This document shows, one piece after another, positions 63,969 through 64,000 of a stretch of 64,000 nucleotides of DNA. The notes beneath the pieces are model-generated. The model did no database searches. It was not told where the DNA came from and worked only from the letters and a program-made list of their open reading frames with translations. Source of the DNA: an uncultured bacterium (GTDB lineage: Bacteria; Patescibacteriota; Patescibacteriia; Patescibacteriales; UBA12465); contig CALKWQ010000047.1 of NCBI GenBank assembly GCA_938003925.1, forward strand, positions 1,048-65,047, read 5' to 3'. The stretch's first letter is position 1; every line of letters starts with the position of its first letter. Position numbers and translations under genes: made by a program.

Positions 63969-64000
63969 AACATCCTCTTATTTGTTAACGAGCTAATAAC

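Overview
The window has two contrasting parts and looks like a Patescibacteria/CPR-type bacterial chromosome. This placement is an inference from the compact core genes, the missing L30, the extended ribosomal proteins and the short RpoA and AlaRS. UGA is used as a stop codon. PART A (~22.8-63.3 kb) has visibly higher GC, and every gene but rpmB is on the minus strand. It is conserved core: rpoD-dnaG, a PBP5-type carboxypeptidase, scpB-scpA, asnS, aspS, recO-ruvX-map and secY. It also holds a nearly complete S10/spc/alpha ribosomal-protein supercluster, the str operon (rpsL-rpsG-fusA-tuf), prfB, comEC, alaS and murB. PART B (1 to ~22.1 kb) is strongly AT-rich by eye. It is an accessory island abutting the 3' end of a tRNA gene, and that tRNA is itself split by a ~550-nt group I intron carrying an HNH endonuclease ORF. 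From the tRNA outward the island contains seven blocks. (1) A 1.3-kb two-gene cassette (histidine phosphatase + SGNH hydrolase) flanked by ~190-bp direct repeats that include a copy of the tRNA 3' end. (2) A DpnII/MboI-like GATC restriction-modification operon with two methyltransferases, the endonuclease and an extra nuclease-like gene. (3) A membrane coiled-coil protein + DGQHR (DndB-like) gene pair. (4) A large serine recombinase preceded by a GC-rich block of nested inverted repeats. (5) A secreted thermonuclease, and a ParB-methyltransferase fusion with an HTH gene. (6) An uncharacterised operon encoding an RNase H fusion, a DUF6119-like protein, a 51-aa micro-ORF and a large SF1 helicase, with a divergent ORF and a palindromic operator. 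I consider this the best candidate for a previously undescribed defence-type system. (7) An array of single-gene cassettes separated by a conserved 75-bp core module whose end looks like a decayed tRNA 3' end. No rRNA genes or CRISPR arrays were seen. All family assignments are by eye from motifs; no searches were run.
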